Assembly (NCBI GenBank): GCA_965203325.1 | Contig: OZ241875.1 | Span: 608,001 to 672,000 of the forward strand | Length of the DNA: 64,000 nt | Source of the DNA: a bacterium | Lineage (GTDB): Bacteria; UBA8248 | Direction: 5' to 3' | In this document: in pieces, positions 30,608-41,129 of the stretch | Layout: each line of letters starts with the position of its first letter | Numbering within the stretch: the stretch's first letter is position 1 | Program-made: the position numbers and the translations under genes | Notes under the pieces: generated by a model | Database searches by the model: none | What the model was told of the DNA's origin: nothing | What the model saw: only the letters and a program-made list of their open reading frames with translations

Positions 30608-31291
30608 ATGGCCGGTACCCGACCAGAACACTCGCTGGATGAGAAGTATGAAACCTGCCCCTTGTGCGGGTCGGGCGAGGCCGGGTTTTATCTTCGCGCC
30701 GATGGCAGGGATTATATGCACTGCCCCGTCTGCCGCCTCATTTTCGTACCGCCCGGGTACTGGCCCGCACCGGATGCGGAAAAAGCGAGATACTTACAGC
30801 ATCAGAATTCCGCTTCCGATGAAGGCTACGTCGCCTTTCTCAGGCAGTTGAGCGAGCCTCTGGCCAAGATGCTGCCCCAGGTCGCGCGGGGGCTTGATTT
30901 CGGCGCGGGGCCTGCGGCCGACGGACACCCCGTTCTGTGCGAACTGCTCCGGGCGGAAGACTTCGAGTGCCTGCCCTACGATCCTTACTTTTTCCCGGAA
31001 ACCCCCGAAGGCCCCTTCGATTTCATCGCCGCGAGCGAGACGTTCGAGCATCTCAGACATCCGAGAGAAGAAATCGGGCGGATTTATGAAAACTTGAAAT
31101 CGGGCGGCCTCTTGGGCGTCATGACGGCATTCTGGGAGGAGGCGCTGTTCGCCAATAACTGGCACTACAGGCGCGACTTCACCCATCTTTGCTTCTATCG
31201 GCCCGAAACTTTCGCATGGATTCAGGAGCATTTCGGCTTCGCATGCCGCTGGACGGATGAGCGCCGCGTCATCATTCTGGAGAAGTTGTAA
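30608..31291 (+). CDS. Class I SAM-dependent methyltransferase with N-terminal Zn ribbon
   Basis: CPLC...CPVC, LDFGAGP, YDPYF, ETFEH. Confidence 0.88.
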   Translation: MAGTRPEHSLDEKYETCPLCGSGEAGFYLRADGRDYMHCPVCRLIFVPPGYWPAPDAEKARYLQHQNSASDEGYVAFLRQLSEPLAKMLPQVARGLDFGAGPAADGHPVLCELLRAEDFECLPYDPYFFPETPEGPFDFIAASETFEHLRHPREEIGRIYENLKSGGLLGVMTAFWEEALFANNWHYRRDFTHLCFYRPETFAWIQEHFGFACRWTDERRVIILEKL

Positions 31292-31338
31292 TATGGCTGG
31301 ACTCCGATTGCTCTCTCAAAATATGAGGCGGGGCGTAT

Positions 31339-31643
31339 GGGGTTGTTGAATAAGTCCTGTGCGCCCCCTCGAATGGCGGCCGTAGGGGTCAGACATATAT
31401 GTCTGACCCTGTGGCCGCCCGTCGGTCGTATTCACCCCGATACAGGAAGGGCACGGGGGGCCACGGACAGGCACAGGGGCCTGTCCCTACGGATACCTCT
31501 TCCCGGTCGGCATTGACCGTCGCCGGAATGACGAACAAAGCCGAATCGCATCTGTAGGGACAGGTCGCGACCTGTCCCTACTCCTCCTTCCCCTTTCGAC
31601 TCCATCGTCGAATCACGAATTGAAGGGCTTTTTCAACAACCCC
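31339..31643. mobile_element. MITE-like element, copy B, carrying GTAG-type REP-like hairpins
   Basis: GGGGTTGTTGAATAAG...CTTTTTCAACAACCCC; internal GTAGGGACAGGTCGCGACCTGTCCCTAC. Confidence 0.7.
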
Positions 31644-31789
31644 GAAGCCGTCGCCCGGAATAATTATCTCCATTCGGCCCACTCATCCCCCTGGTTTTCC
31701 ATATCCCTTGTTCGCTCCCATCCGGTGTGGCATTCTTGCCCGTGGGAAAAACCTATTGATTCATGTGGGGAAACGCTCTCTTGCGCACG

Positions 31790-33514
31790 ATGAAAACGGA
31801 CATCCTCATCCTGGGTTCGGGCGGCGCGGGCCTCCTGGCCGCACTCGCCGCGCACACCAAAAACCCCGCTCTGGACATCACCGTGGCGGTCAAGGGTTTG
31901 TTTGGGAAAAGCGGCTGCACGCGCATGGTGCAGGGCGGCTACAACGTCGCGCTCGCCGAGACCGACTCGGTGGAAAACCACTTTCTCGACACCCTGAAGG
32001 GCGGAGCGTGGATTAACGATCAGGAACTCGCCTGGACGCTCGTGAGCCGCGCCCCCGGCTGCGTGGAGCGGCTCGAAACCGTGTGCGGGTGCTTTTTCGA
32101 CCGCAACGAGGACGGCACGATCCACCAGAAAGCCTTTGCGGGCCAGAGCTTCGACAGAACGGTGCACAAGGGCGACCTGACGGGCATCGAGATCACCAAC
32201 CGCGTGGCCGAGCAACTCGTAAGACGCGGGGTGGACGTACTGGAAGAAACCAGAGCCGTGGCCCTCCTGCCCGCAAGAAGGGAGCCTGAGCGCGTCGCAG
32301 GCGCGCTACTGCTCGACATCCAGAGCGGCGAATTCATCGCCGTGAACGCCAAATGCACGCTCCTCGCCACGGGCGGCGGCCCCACGCTCTATAAGATCTC
32401 CGCCTGTGCGCAGGAACTCGCCACCGACGGCATGGCAATCGCCTGGGAGGCGGGCGCATCGTTCTGCGACATGGAGATGGTGCAGTTCCACCCCACGGGC
32501 ATCCTCACGGGAGACGGACTCCAGATAACCGGCACGCTTCTGGAGGAAGGCCTGCGCGGCGCGGGCGGGCATCTGAAAAACGCGGCGGGCGACCGCTACA
32601 TGGAGCGCTACGACGCCGAGCGCATGGAGCGCGCCACGCGCGACGTCGTCTCGCGCGCGGGCTACACCGAGATCATCGAAGGCCGGGGCACGGAGCGCGG
32701 CGGCGTGTTCATCGACGTGAGCCATTTGGGAAAGTCTTTCGTGCGCAAGAACTTCAAGGGCATGGTCGAGCGCTGCGCCGATCTGGGCTACGACCTCGTC
32801 GGCGGCCCCGTGGAGGTCACCCCCACCGCGCACTACATGATGGGCGGCGTGAAGATAGACACCGCCTGCCGCACGAATCTGCCGGGGCTTTACGCCGCGG
32901 GCGAGGACGCGGGCGGCACGCACGGCGCGAATCGCCTGGGAGGAAACGGGGTGGCGAACGCCACGGTGTTCGGCGAGATCGCGGGCGAAGCCATGGCCGA
33001 TGAGGCGGCGGACTCTCCCCTCCTCCCTTATGACGCGGAAGCGCTCGCGGTTGCGGAGGAGAAAACGCTGGATGCGCTGGGCGAAGGCGAATCCCCCTAC
33101 CCTATCCGGTCAGAACTGAAAGAAATCATGTGGAACAAGGTGGGGCTGAGACGAAACGGCGCGGACATCCAGAGCGGGGTCCGGCTCCTGCACGATCTGA
33201 AGAGACGCGCGGCAGACGCCCGCGCGGAAGGCGGGCGCGCCTATAACCTCGCCTGGCAGCACGCGCTCGACGTGAGAAACCAGGTCCTGGTCGCGGAACT
33301 GATCGCTTTTTCGGCGCTCGAGCGCGACGAGAGCCGGGGCAGCCACTACCGTGACGATTGCCCCCACACAGGGGATGAGGACCTCTACAACGTCTATATC
33401 AAGAGGGAGGGCGATGCTGCGGTCATCGAGCGAAGGCCCGTCGCGTTTCCCCGCCTGCATCCGGCGGCGGAGCCGGCTGCGCAGCTGGAGCCCGATCCCA
33501 ATTTCATCGACTGA
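31790..33514 (+). CDS. Succinate dehydrogenase/fumarate reductase-like flavoprotein (non-canonical)
   Basis: GSGGAG, QFHPTG, AHYMMGG, HGANRLGGN, ESRGSH. Confidence 0.9.
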   Translation: MKTDILILGSGGAGLLAALAAHTKNPALDITVAVKGLFGKSGCTRMVQGGYNVALAETDSVENHFLDTLKGGAWINDQELAWTLVSRAPGCVERLETVCGCFFDRNEDGTIHQKAFAGQSFDRTVHKGDLTGIEITNRVAEQLVRRGVDVLEETRAVALLPARREPERVAGALLLDIQSGEFIAVNAKCTLLATGGGPTLYKISACAQELATDGMAIAWEAGASFCDMEMVQFHPTGILTGDGLQITGTLLEEGLRGAGGHLKNAAGDRYMERYDAERMERATRDVVSRAGYTEIIEGRGTERGGVFIDVSHLGKSFVRKNFKGMVERCADLGYDLVGGPVEVTPTAHYMMGGVKIDTACRTNLPGLYAAGEDAGGTHGANRLGGNGVANATVFGEIAGEAMADEAADSPLLPYDAEALAVAEEKTLDALGEGESPYPIRSELKEIMWNKVGLRRNGADIQSGVRLLHDLKRRAADARAEGGRAYNLAWQHALDVRNQVLVAELIAFSALERDESRGSHYRDDCPHTGDEDLYNVYIKREGDAAVIERRPVAFPRLHPAAEPAAQLEPDPNFID

Positions 33515-33539
33515 CATTTGAGCGGAGCGAAGATTAACG

Positions 33540-33890
33540 ATGACGAGCGTGAAAGACCCCGTGACCAACAAACCCCCCGTCTGGAAAATCAGCGCATGGC
33601 GCTCGATGTATCCGGGCATGTGGTCCTGGGTGCTGCAAAGGCTCTCCGCCCTCGCGCTCATCGTCCTGTTCCCGATTCACGTGATGAACCCCTACATCGA
33701 TTCGGTGCGGATCACGATGCTCCTGCTCGTCGTCTGGCACGCCATGCACGGGATAAAAGTGATCCTGACCGATTTCGGCTTTCCGGATCGCCACCAGCGG
33801 AAACTCTTCTGGGTGCTGTGCGTCTTGGGCGTGGCCGCGTTCTTCTGGCTGGCCTACATGCACACCGAATACTGGAGGTTCATGGCGTGA
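33540..33890 (+). CDS. SdhC/D-like membrane anchor
   Basis: GMWSWVLQRLS, three TM helices, HAMHG. Confidence 0.75.
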   Translation: MTSVKDPVTNKPPVWKISAWRSMYPGMWSWVLQRLSALALIVLFPIHVMNPYIDSVRITMLLLVVWHAMHGIKVILTDFGFPDRHQRKLFWVLCVLGVAAFFWLAYMHTEYWRFMA

Positions 33891-34756
33891 ACGAAGACGC
33901 CCGAGTGAGCGAAGACGCGCGGTTGAGCGAAGGAGCGCAGGGACAAGAAACGCAGGAAGAGCCGGCTCCGGAAAAAGAAGAGCCGGAAGAAAAGGCGGAA
34001 AAACGCCCCACTGTGCGCGTCAGAATCCGTCGGGGCGGCGCTGCGGACGACCCCGAAGAACGCTTCGACGAGTTCCAGGTCGAGATCGGCCCGCGCATGA
34101 CGGTGCTCGACGCCCTGGTCGCCGTTCAGAGCGCACAGGAGCCCGCGCTTTCGTTTCGCTACTCCTGCCGGGTGGGCATGTGCGGCACGTGCGCCTTGAA
34201 AGTCAACGGACGCCCCGCCTGGGCCTGCAGAACAAGGCTCGAAGGACTTGGCGATGAAATCACGCTCGAGCCGCTCACCAATTTCCCGGTGCTCCGCGAT
34301 CTGGCCGTCGACATGTCGCCATTCTTCGAAAAAATGAAACGCGCGCGCGGCTGGCTCGAACCCACGAGCGCGGCGGAGAAGACTCCTGCGCTCATCGCGC
34401 CGGGTTCGCGCGAGCGCAAGCGCATCGAGCCGCACATCGAGTGCATCACGTGCGGAATCTGCTATGCTTCTTGCTCTATTGTAGGGCATGATAGTGATTA
34501 CCTGGGGCCCGCGGCGCTGAACCGCGCCTACACGCTCGTGAACGACAGCCGTGACGCCTTAGGATTAGAGAGGCTTCAGGAGGTTTGTACCGAGGACGGC
34601 GCCTGGCGGTGCCACTCACAATACAACTGCACGGAGAGCTGCCCCAAGGGCATCAGCCCCACGGGCGCCATCAAGGGACTCAAGCGCCGCGCCGTAACCG
34701 GCGGCGTCAGACAATTCGCCGCATCCATCTTCCGGGGCCGCGCGCCCGGCGGATGA
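33887..34756 (+). CDS. SdhB/FrdB-like iron-sulfur subunit
   Basis: SCRVGMCGTC, CITCGICYASC, CHSQYNCTESCP. Confidence 0.9.
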   Translation: MNEDARVSEDARLSEGAQGQETQEEPAPEKEEPEEKAEKRPTVRVRIRRGGAADDPEERFDEFQVEIGPRMTVLDALVAVQSAQEPALSFRYSCRVGMCGTCALKVNGRPAWACRTRLEGLGDEITLEPLTNFPVLRDLAVDMSPFFEKMKRARGWLEPTSAAEKTPALIAPGSRERKRIEPHIECITCGICYASCSIVGHDSDYLGPAALNRAYTLVNDSRDALGLERLQEVCTEDGAWRCHSQYNCTESCPKGISPTGAIKGLKRRAVTGGVRQFAASIFRGRAPGG

Positions 34757-34775
34757 GAGCGGGGAGGATACCGAC

Positions 34776-35726
34776 ATGCCGACCGTCGAAACGCACGCCA
34801 TCAGCAGCGAACTCATCAGAGAGGTTGCCTTCGAGCTCAACCGCCGCGCCGCCATCGGCATCCCCAAGGACGTGGGCGATTCCATCGCCGACATGGCCGA
34901 GCGCGAGACCCAGAAGCTCTCGAAGTTCGTCCTGCTCGAAATCGTCAACAACTACAAGGTCGCCGTGGACGAGCAGCGCCCGATGTGCGCCGACACGGGC
35001 CTTCCGCGCTTCTACGCGAAGATCGGGAACGACGCGGCCATAGAGGGCGGCTTCGTGGCGCTGGAGCGCTCGGTCCGCCAGGGAACGGCGGACGCCACCG
35101 AGCGCGTGCCCCTGCGCCCGAACCGCGTGCACCCCATCACCCGGCACGACTACAACAACAACGTCGGCATCCACGCCCCCACGGTGGACTACTCCTGGGA
35201 ACCGGACGTCGACTGGATAGAGCTCACGAGCTTCCACAAGGGAGGCCTGTTCGGCGGTGACTACCGGATGCTCTTCCCCACCGACGGCATCGACGGCATC
35301 AAGCGCTTCTTTCTCGACGTGATCAGCGAGTTCTTCAAGCGCGGCCTCTCGTGCCAGCCCGCCATCGTGGGAATCGGCATCGGCGGAACGAAAGACACCT
35401 GCGTGCGCCTCGCCAAGGAGGCGGCCTGCCTCCGCGTGGTGGGGGACAGGAACCCGGACCCCCAGATCGCGAAACTCGAAGAAGACCTGAACGATCTGGG
35501 CCGGAGAACGAGCCTCGGCCCCATGGGCTTCAAGGGCGAGGGCGCGGTGATGGACACCCACATCGAGGTGGCCTACACCCACACCGGCGGGATGCCCATC
35601 TCGATCCACCACCAGTGCTTCGCGCTCAGGCGCGCCACCGCACGCATCCACCCCGACGGCCAGGTGGAATACCGCGAAAACCCCCTCTGGTTCACCGACT
35701 ACTACCGCCGCGACGGCGTCGCATAA
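34776..35726 (+). CDS. Fe-S fumarate hydratase/tartrate dehydratase-like alpha subunit
   Basis: PMCADTG, PLRPN, CQPAIVGIGIGG, C.ALRR. Confidence 0.88.
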   Translation: MPTVETHAISSELIREVAFELNRRAAIGIPKDVGDSIADMAERETQKLSKFVLLEIVNNYKVAVDEQRPMCADTGLPRFYAKIGNDAAIEGGFVALERSVRQGTADATERVPLRPNRVHPITRHDYNNNVGIHAPTVDYSWEPDVDWIELTSFHKGGLFGGDYRMLFPTDGIDGIKRFFLDVISEFFKRGLSCQPAIVGIGIGGTKDTCVRLAKEAACLRVVGDRNPDPQIAKLEEDLNDLGRRTSLGPMGFKGEGAVMDTHIEVAYTHTGGMPISIHHQCFALRRATARIHPDGQVEYRENPLWFTDYYRRDGVA

Positions 35727-35748
35727 GCGGCTTGGGAGACTTTTGGAT

Positions 35749-36432
35749 ATGAGCGGCACCGCAGATCTGGAAATGAAGGAACACCACCTGACCACGCCCG
35801 CCACGCCCGAGGACCTGGCGAAACTGGAACTCGGCGACATCGTATATTTCGACGGCCTGGTCTTCACGGGCAGGATCGGCCTCTACAAGAAACTGTTCGA
35901 TGAAAAAGCGCCCCCGCCGGTGGACATCGCCTCGCTCACGAACGTGACGTTCCACTGCTCGCCCGCCGTGGGTCAGAACGATTCGGGCGAGTGGGAGGTG
36001 GCCGCCGTCACGGCCACGGCGAGCTTTCGATTCGAGAAGCACCTGCCCCTCCTGCTGGACGGGCACGGGGTGCGCTGCGTCATCGGCAAGGGCGGCATGG
36101 CGCAGGAATTTTATGAGAAACACTTCAAGCGGCTGGGCGCGGTGTTCCTGAACACGGTGGGCTACGGCATCGGCGCGCAGTACGGGCGCGGCATCACGGG
36201 CGTCAAGGACGTCTACTGGCTCGACGAACTCGGCATCGCTCAGGCGATGTGGGTGTTCGAGGTGAAGAACTTCGGGCCCTTTCTCGTGGAATGCGACGCC
36301 CGCGGCAACAGCCTCTACCAGATGGCGCTCGCCGAGACGAACGTGGAACTGGGCAAGCTCTACGAGGGACTGCCCCTTCCAACGCTCAAGCGCATGGGCG
36401 AGGTGCACAACCCCGAAGACGAGGTTTTCTAG
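35749..36432 (+). CDS. Fe-S fumarate hydratase/tartrate dehydratase-like beta subunit
   Basis: LELGDIVY, IGKGGM, FGPFLV.CDARGN. Confidence 0.88.
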   Translation: MSGTADLEMKEHHLTTPATPEDLAKLELGDIVYFDGLVFTGRIGLYKKLFDEKAPPPVDIASLTNVTFHCSPAVGQNDSGEWEVAAVTATASFRFEKHLPLLLDGHGVRCVIGKGGMAQEFYEKHFKRLGAVFLNTVGYGIGAQYGRGITGVKDVYWLDELGIAQAMWVFEVKNFGPFLVECDARGNSLYQMALAETNVELGKLYEGLPLPTLKRMGEVHNPEDEVF

Positions 36433-36472
36433 CAAAACCCCCGGAAATTCGAACCGAACCGCCGACGAGAGG

Positions 36473-37486
36473 ATGAAAATGTCGAAAGGAATCGCCTGGG
36501 TCACCACGAGCTGGCTGAGCGGCCTCGAAGACCCGATGCGCCACTTCAAACGGCTCGAAACCGAGGCGGGTCTTGAAGTCAGAATCGAATCGAACGGCGT
36601 GGACAAGACAGAAGAAGAGCTCATCGCCTCGCTTCCCGGCGTGGTCGTCACCTTCCCGAGCAACGACCCCTACAACGAGCGCACCCTGTCGGCGGGTACG
36701 CATCTCAAGCACATCGCCAGGACGGGGGTGGGCTTCAACTCCGTCGACCTCGACGCCGCCACGCGCCGCGGGGTGGTCGTCACCAACGCGCCGGGACAGA
36801 ACTCCGATTCCGTGGCCGAGCACGCGGTCGGCCTCATGCTGTGCATCGCGCGGAATATCGCCTTATCCGATAAAAAAATGCGCGCGGGCGAATGGGCGGA
36901 CTTAAGAGTCCCCATATCGCCGCTCCGGGACAAGACGCTGGGGGTCATCGGGCTCGGCAACATCGGCAAGCGCGTGGCGAGGCGCGCCGCCGCCTTCGGC
37001 ATGGAGGTCATCGCCCATGACATCGTGCGCGACGAGCGCTTCGCAGCCGAGGTCGGCGTATTCTTCGAGACGCGCGAGGAGGTGACGCGCCGGGCCGATT
37101 TCATCACCTGCCACGTGCCCCTGAACGACGGAACACGCGGCATGGTGGACGAGAAATTCCTAGCCTCCATGAAGCCGGGCGCCTATCTCATCAACACCTC
37201 GCGCGGCCCCGTGGTGGATCTCGACGCCGCGGCCACGGCCCTGGAGCGCGGGATCATCCAGGGCGCTGCGCTCGACGTTTTCCCGAACGAGCCGGCCGAT
37301 CACCGCCACCGCATCTTCTCGCTCGACAACGTCGTCCTCACCCCGCACATCGCGGGTCTGGGCGAGGATGCGTGCGAGCAGTCGCTCGAGTTCGCCGTCG
37401 ATGCCGCACTCGACGTTATCGCCGGTAAACGCCCTGCCGGCCTTCTGAACCCCGAGGTGCTGGAAAAAGCGGGCATCAAGGACTAG
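36473..37486 (+). CDS. D-isomer-specific 2-hydroxyacid dehydrogenase
   Basis: GLGNIG, INTSRG, LDVF, TPHIAG. Confidence 0.92.
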   Translation: MKMSKGIAWVTTSWLSGLEDPMRHFKRLETEAGLEVRIESNGVDKTEEELIASLPGVVVTFPSNDPYNERTLSAGTHLKHIARTGVGFNSVDLDAATRRGVVVTNAPGQNSDSVAEHAVGLMLCIARNIALSDKKMRAGEWADLRVPISPLRDKTLGVIGLGNIGKRVARRAAAFGMEVIAHDIVRDERFAAEVGVFFETREEVTRRADFITCHVPLNDGTRGMVDEKFLASMKPGAYLINTSRGPVVDLDAAATALERGIIQGAALDVFPNEPADHRHRIFSLDNVVLTPHIAGLGEDACEQSLEFAVDAALDVIAGKRPAGLLNPEVLEKAGIKD

Positions 37487-37560
37487 AGTAGGTCGTCGCC
37501 TTATCGCCGGGCCTCACCCCCGGATCGTTCATCACAAGCCGCCGCCACGAGGATGGATTC

Positions 37561-38958
37561 ATGCGGAAAACATACAGACTGCGCGCACTCATGGCCGTCG
37601 CCTGCCTCCTCCTTCTATTGGCCGCGCCGCCCCCCGGAGCACGAGCCAAAACCGGGGCGCCCCTGCGGGTTCCCTGGAAGGTGACCGAGCACAGGATGAA
37701 GAACGGGATGCGCGCCCTGCTCCTGCCCGACCACAGCGCGCCCATGGTGGTCATGAAGGTCTGGTACGCCGTCGGCAGCCGCGACGAGCAGCCCGGCCTC
37801 ACGGGCATCGCTCACTATCTCGAGCACATGATGTTTCGCGGCACCAAGAAATACGGCCCCAGGAAATTCAGCGAGATCATCAAGAAAAACGGCGGCTCGC
37901 ACAACGCGTTCACAGGCTTCGACTACACCGCGTACTACGAGCGCATCGCCTCGGACAGGCTCGAACTGATTATCGAACTCGAGGCCGACCGCATGGTGAA
38001 CATGGTGCTCGAAAAGACGGCCTTCGACGCGGAGAAGAACGTGGTGCACGAGGAAAGACGCACCCGATATGACAGGCCGGTGGGCAAGTTCTGGGAACAA
38101 TTCCAGGCCGTCGCCTACACGAACCATCCCTACAAGAACCCGATCATCGGCTGGCCCGAAGATATAGACGCCATCACCATCAAGGACATGGAAGCATTCT
38201 ACAGGCGCTACTACAGCCCCGAGAACGCCGTCGCCGTCCTGGTGGGCGATTTCAAGGTAGAAGAGGCCATCGCGCTTCTCGAAAAACACTTCGGGAGAAT
38301 CCCCAAATCCCCCACCTTCCGGAAAAGGCCCGCGCTCGCCGAGTTCCCCCAGAAGTCGGAGCGCAGGGTGTACGTTCGCGCGGACGCCCAGCTCCCCTAC
38401 GTTGCTATCGGCTATCACGCGCCCAACTGGAAGAGCGAGGACGCGCCCGCTCTCGTGATGCTCGAGGCCATCCTGGGCGGCGGAGAGACCTCGCGCCTCC
38501 ACCAGAGGCTCGTGCGCAAGGACACGCTCGCGCTCGGCGCGGGTTCTGATTACACCTACATCTCGGTGGACCCGATGATCTTCTATCTCTACGCGCGGGT
38601 GGCGCCCGGCAAAAAGGCTGCCGATGCGGAGAAAGCCCTGCTCGAGGAGGTGGAAAAACTCATCGAAAAAGGCGTTACGGACGAAGAGTTCCGCCGCGCG
38701 CTCAGGAACATCGAGGCGAACACGGTTTTCGCCATGGACTCGCACTACTACCGGGCGAGGCTCCTCGGCTCGGCGGCGGTCGCGGGCGACTGGCGGCTGC
38801 TCGAAGGCTACCTGCCCACCCTCAGGAAGGTGACGCCCGCCGACGTGGTCCGCGTCGCCAGGAAATACCTGCGCCACAAGAACAAGACCACCGCCGAACT
38901 CATACCGACAAAGAAAAGCCGCCGCGCGAACACCGCCAAAAGCCGGGGAGGACGCTAG
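37561..38958 (+). CDS. M16 (pitrilysin) family peptidase, catalytic subunit
   Basis: HYLEH inverted zinc motif, NAFT, signal peptide. Confidence 0.93.
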   Translation: MRKTYRLRALMAVACLLLLLAAPPPGARAKTGAPLRVPWKVTEHRMKNGMRALLLPDHSAPMVVMKVWYAVGSRDEQPGLTGIAHYLEHMMFRGTKKYGPRKFSEIIKKNGGSHNAFTGFDYTAYYERIASDRLELIIELEADRMVNMVLEKTAFDAEKNVVHEERRTRYDRPVGKFWEQFQAVAYTNHPYKNPIIGWPEDIDAITIKDMEAFYRRYYSPENAVAVLVGDFKVEEAIALLEKHFGRIPKSPTFRKRPALAEFPQKSERRVYVRADAQLPYVAIGYHAPNWKSEDAPALVMLEAILGGGETSRLHQRLVRKDTLALGAGSDYTYISVDPMIFYLYARVAPGKKAADAEKALLEEVEKLIEKGVTDEEFRRALRNIEANTVFAMDSHYYRARLLGSAAVAGDWRLLEGYLPTLRKVTPADVVRVARKYLRHKNKTTAELIPTKKSRRANTAKSRGGR

Positions 38959-38959
38959 C

Positions 38960-40288
38960 ATGAGGCCCCACCGCATTCTCTGGACACTGGCCGCTGCATT
39001 CCTTCTGCCCGCCCTGGCATGGGCGGACGTCATCACCTACGAGCGCGAAGAACTGCCGGGCGGCGGCGTATTGCTCGTCAAGCAAAGCAGGCAACTGCCC
39101 ATGGTGCGCATCGCCGTCTCGATTCCAGCGGGCGCGCGCCACGAGGCGCCCGAACAGGCGGGACTCGCGAACCTGACCGCCGCCCTGCTCACCCGGGGAA
39201 CGAAAACGAGAAGCGCTTCGGAGGTCGAGAAGCTGAACGATGCCTTGGGCGGCGGCGTGGGCTTGGAGGCAGGCCGCGCGCGCGCAGAAGCCTCCATGCG
39301 CGTGCTCACGCGGGATCTGGAAGAAGGCCTCTCCCTGCTGGGCGACGTGCTCAGAAACCCCGTCTTCCCGGCGGAGGAGATCGAGAAGACGAAAAGGCGC
39401 ATCGTGGGCGGCCTGCGCAGGCAGCGCGAGCGTCCCGGCCATCTTGCGAACAAGGCGCTCCGGAAGAGTCTTTTCGGCGAAACACCCTACGGCCGCCTGG
39501 TCGAGGGGGCGGAGGCGTCGATCAAGAAACTCGGCAGAGAAGACCTCGTCCGCTTCCACAAACAATGGTACGGCATGAAGGGAACGATCTTCGTCTTCGT
39601 GGGCGACGTATCGCTCAAGCGCGCCCGAGAACTCGTTCTGGCCCGCTTCCAGGGCTGGCGGGCGGAGGGAGGTGAAATTCCCGAATCGACGCCCCCTGTG
39701 ATTCCGAAAAAGATGCAGGTGGTCAAGATCGACCGCCCCCTCTCCCAGGCCACGGTGATTCTTGGCAACCGCTCGCTCAAGCGCACGCATCCGGATTTTT
39801 ACGCCGCGCGCGTGATGAACTACATCCTGGGCGGCGGCGGGTTTTCCAGCAGGATCATGGACAACCTGAGAGAGGACAAGGGCCTCGTCTATAGTGTCTA
39901 CAGCTATTTCGCCGCAGGCCGCTTTGCCGGCCACTGGCGGCTCATGCTCCAGACGAAGAACAAGACGGCGAACGAGGCCATCCGGGAAGCGATCGGGGAG
40001 GTGGAGCGCATCCAGGAAAAAGGGGTGAGCGAGGAGGAACTTCAAGACGCCAAGGATTTCATCACCGGGAACTTCGCCACGCGCTTCGGCTCGTCGGGCC
40101 GCATCGCAAACTACATCCTCGCGGTGGAGCTTCTGGGCTTCTCGCCGGGATATGCGGATGAATACCTGAAAAAAATCCGCGCCGTCACGAAAGAACAAAT
40201 TCTCGCGGCGGCGAGGAAACACATCCGGCTCGACCAATCCACCCTCGCCGTGGTGGGAAATCTGAGCGAGGCGAAACTCGCCTTTTGA
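38960..40288 (+). CDS. M16 family peptidase, non-catalytic subunit
   Basis: LGGGGFSSR, LREDKGLVY; no HxxEH. Confidence 0.9.
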   Translation: MRPHRILWTLAAAFLLPALAWADVITYEREELPGGGVLLVKQSRQLPMVRIAVSIPAGARHEAPEQAGLANLTAALLTRGTKTRSASEVEKLNDALGGGVGLEAGRARAEASMRVLTRDLEEGLSLLGDVLRNPVFPAEEIEKTKRRIVGGLRRQRERPGHLANKALRKSLFGETPYGRLVEGAEASIKKLGREDLVRFHKQWYGMKGTIFVFVGDVSLKRARELVLARFQGWRAEGGEIPESTPPVIPKKMQVVKIDRPLSQATVILGNRSLKRTHPDFYAARVMNYILGGGGFSSRIMDNLREDKGLVYSVYSYFAAGRFAGHWRLMLQTKNKTANEAIREAIGEVERIQEKGVSEEELQDAKDFITGNFATRFGSSGRIANYILAVELLGFSPGYADEYLKKIRAVTKEQILAAARKHIRLDQSTLAVVGNLSEAKLAF

Positions 40289-40317
40289 GGCGCGCGAGCG
40301 TTCGAGGAGGAAAGAAG

Positions 40318-40713
40318 GTGAAGCGCGAAACGGTAACGCCCGATTCGCTGGCCGCACCGGCCGGTCATTTCTCGCACGGGGTCATCGCCGAGGGCGAGCG
40401 CACGCTCTACGTGGCGGGCCAGACGCCGCTCGATGAGGACGGCAACATCGTCTGCCCGGGCGACCCGGAGGGACAGGCGCGCCAGTGCTACCGGAACATC
40501 CAGAGGGTGGTCGAGGCGGCGGGCGGGCGCATGGCGGATACGGCCAAGATCCAAGTGTTCGTGACGAGTCTCGACTACAGGGCCGCCGTCGGCAAGGTAC
40601 GGGCCGAGTTCTTTCCCGATAATCCGCCGGTGAGCACGTTTCTGGTGATCTCCAGTCTGGCCGAGCCCGATTTTCTGGTCGAGGTCGAGGCGATCGTCCC
40701 CCTGCCCGGATAA
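40318..40713 (+). CDS. RidA/YjgF family protein
   Basis: YVAGQ, PVST, LVEVEA. Confidence 0.88.
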   Translation: MKRETVTPDSLAAPAGHFSHGVIAEGERTLYVAGQTPLDEDGNIVCPGDPEGQARQCYRNIQRVVEAAGGRMADTAKIQVFVTSLDYRAAVGKVRAEFFPDNPPVSTFLVISSLAEPDFLVEVEAIVPLPG

Positions 40714-40725
40714 GGGAACGAGGCG

Positions 40726-41118
40726 GTGAGCGGAAAAACCACCCTGCGCTGGGCGTTCGCGCTCGCCTATATGGCGGGGATTCACGTCTGGACGGCGACG
40801 GGCGGGCGGAATCCCTCCTCGCCCATGCCGTTCGGGGTGGACAAAATCGTGCACCTCTGCGAGTTTGGAATCCTCGCCTGGCTGCTCTGGCGGCCCTGGC
40901 GGGAAACGCTCCCCCGCTGGGCCGAGGGGAAGACCGCCGCTTTCGTCTTGATCCTCACCGTCCTGAACGGCCTGGGCGACGAGTTGCACCAGCTGTTTCT
41001 GCCCCACCGGAACGCGACGTGGGGAGACCTGGCGGCGGACGCCGCGGGCGGCGGGGTTGCCGTTTTGTGGTGTATTCACCGGGAGAAGACAAGGCCCCGC
41101 AAGACGACGCAGGGATAG
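40726..41118 (+). CDS. VanZ family membrane protein
   Basis: DKIVH...DELHQLFLPHR...D. Confidence 0.85.
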   Translation: MSGKTTLRWAFALAYMAGIHVWTATGGRNPSSPMPFGVDKIVHLCEFGILAWLLWRPWRETLPRWAEGKTAAFVLILTVLNGLGDELHQLFLPHRNATWGDLAADAAGGGVAVLWCIHREKTRPRKTTQG

Positions 41119-41129
41119 GAGAATACACG

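Noticed and set aside
37615..40357. Long antisense ORFs (473 and 485 aa) and similar shadows throughout the GC-rich part
   Set aside because: They mirror well-supported genes on the opposite strand, as expected from high-GC codon bias.
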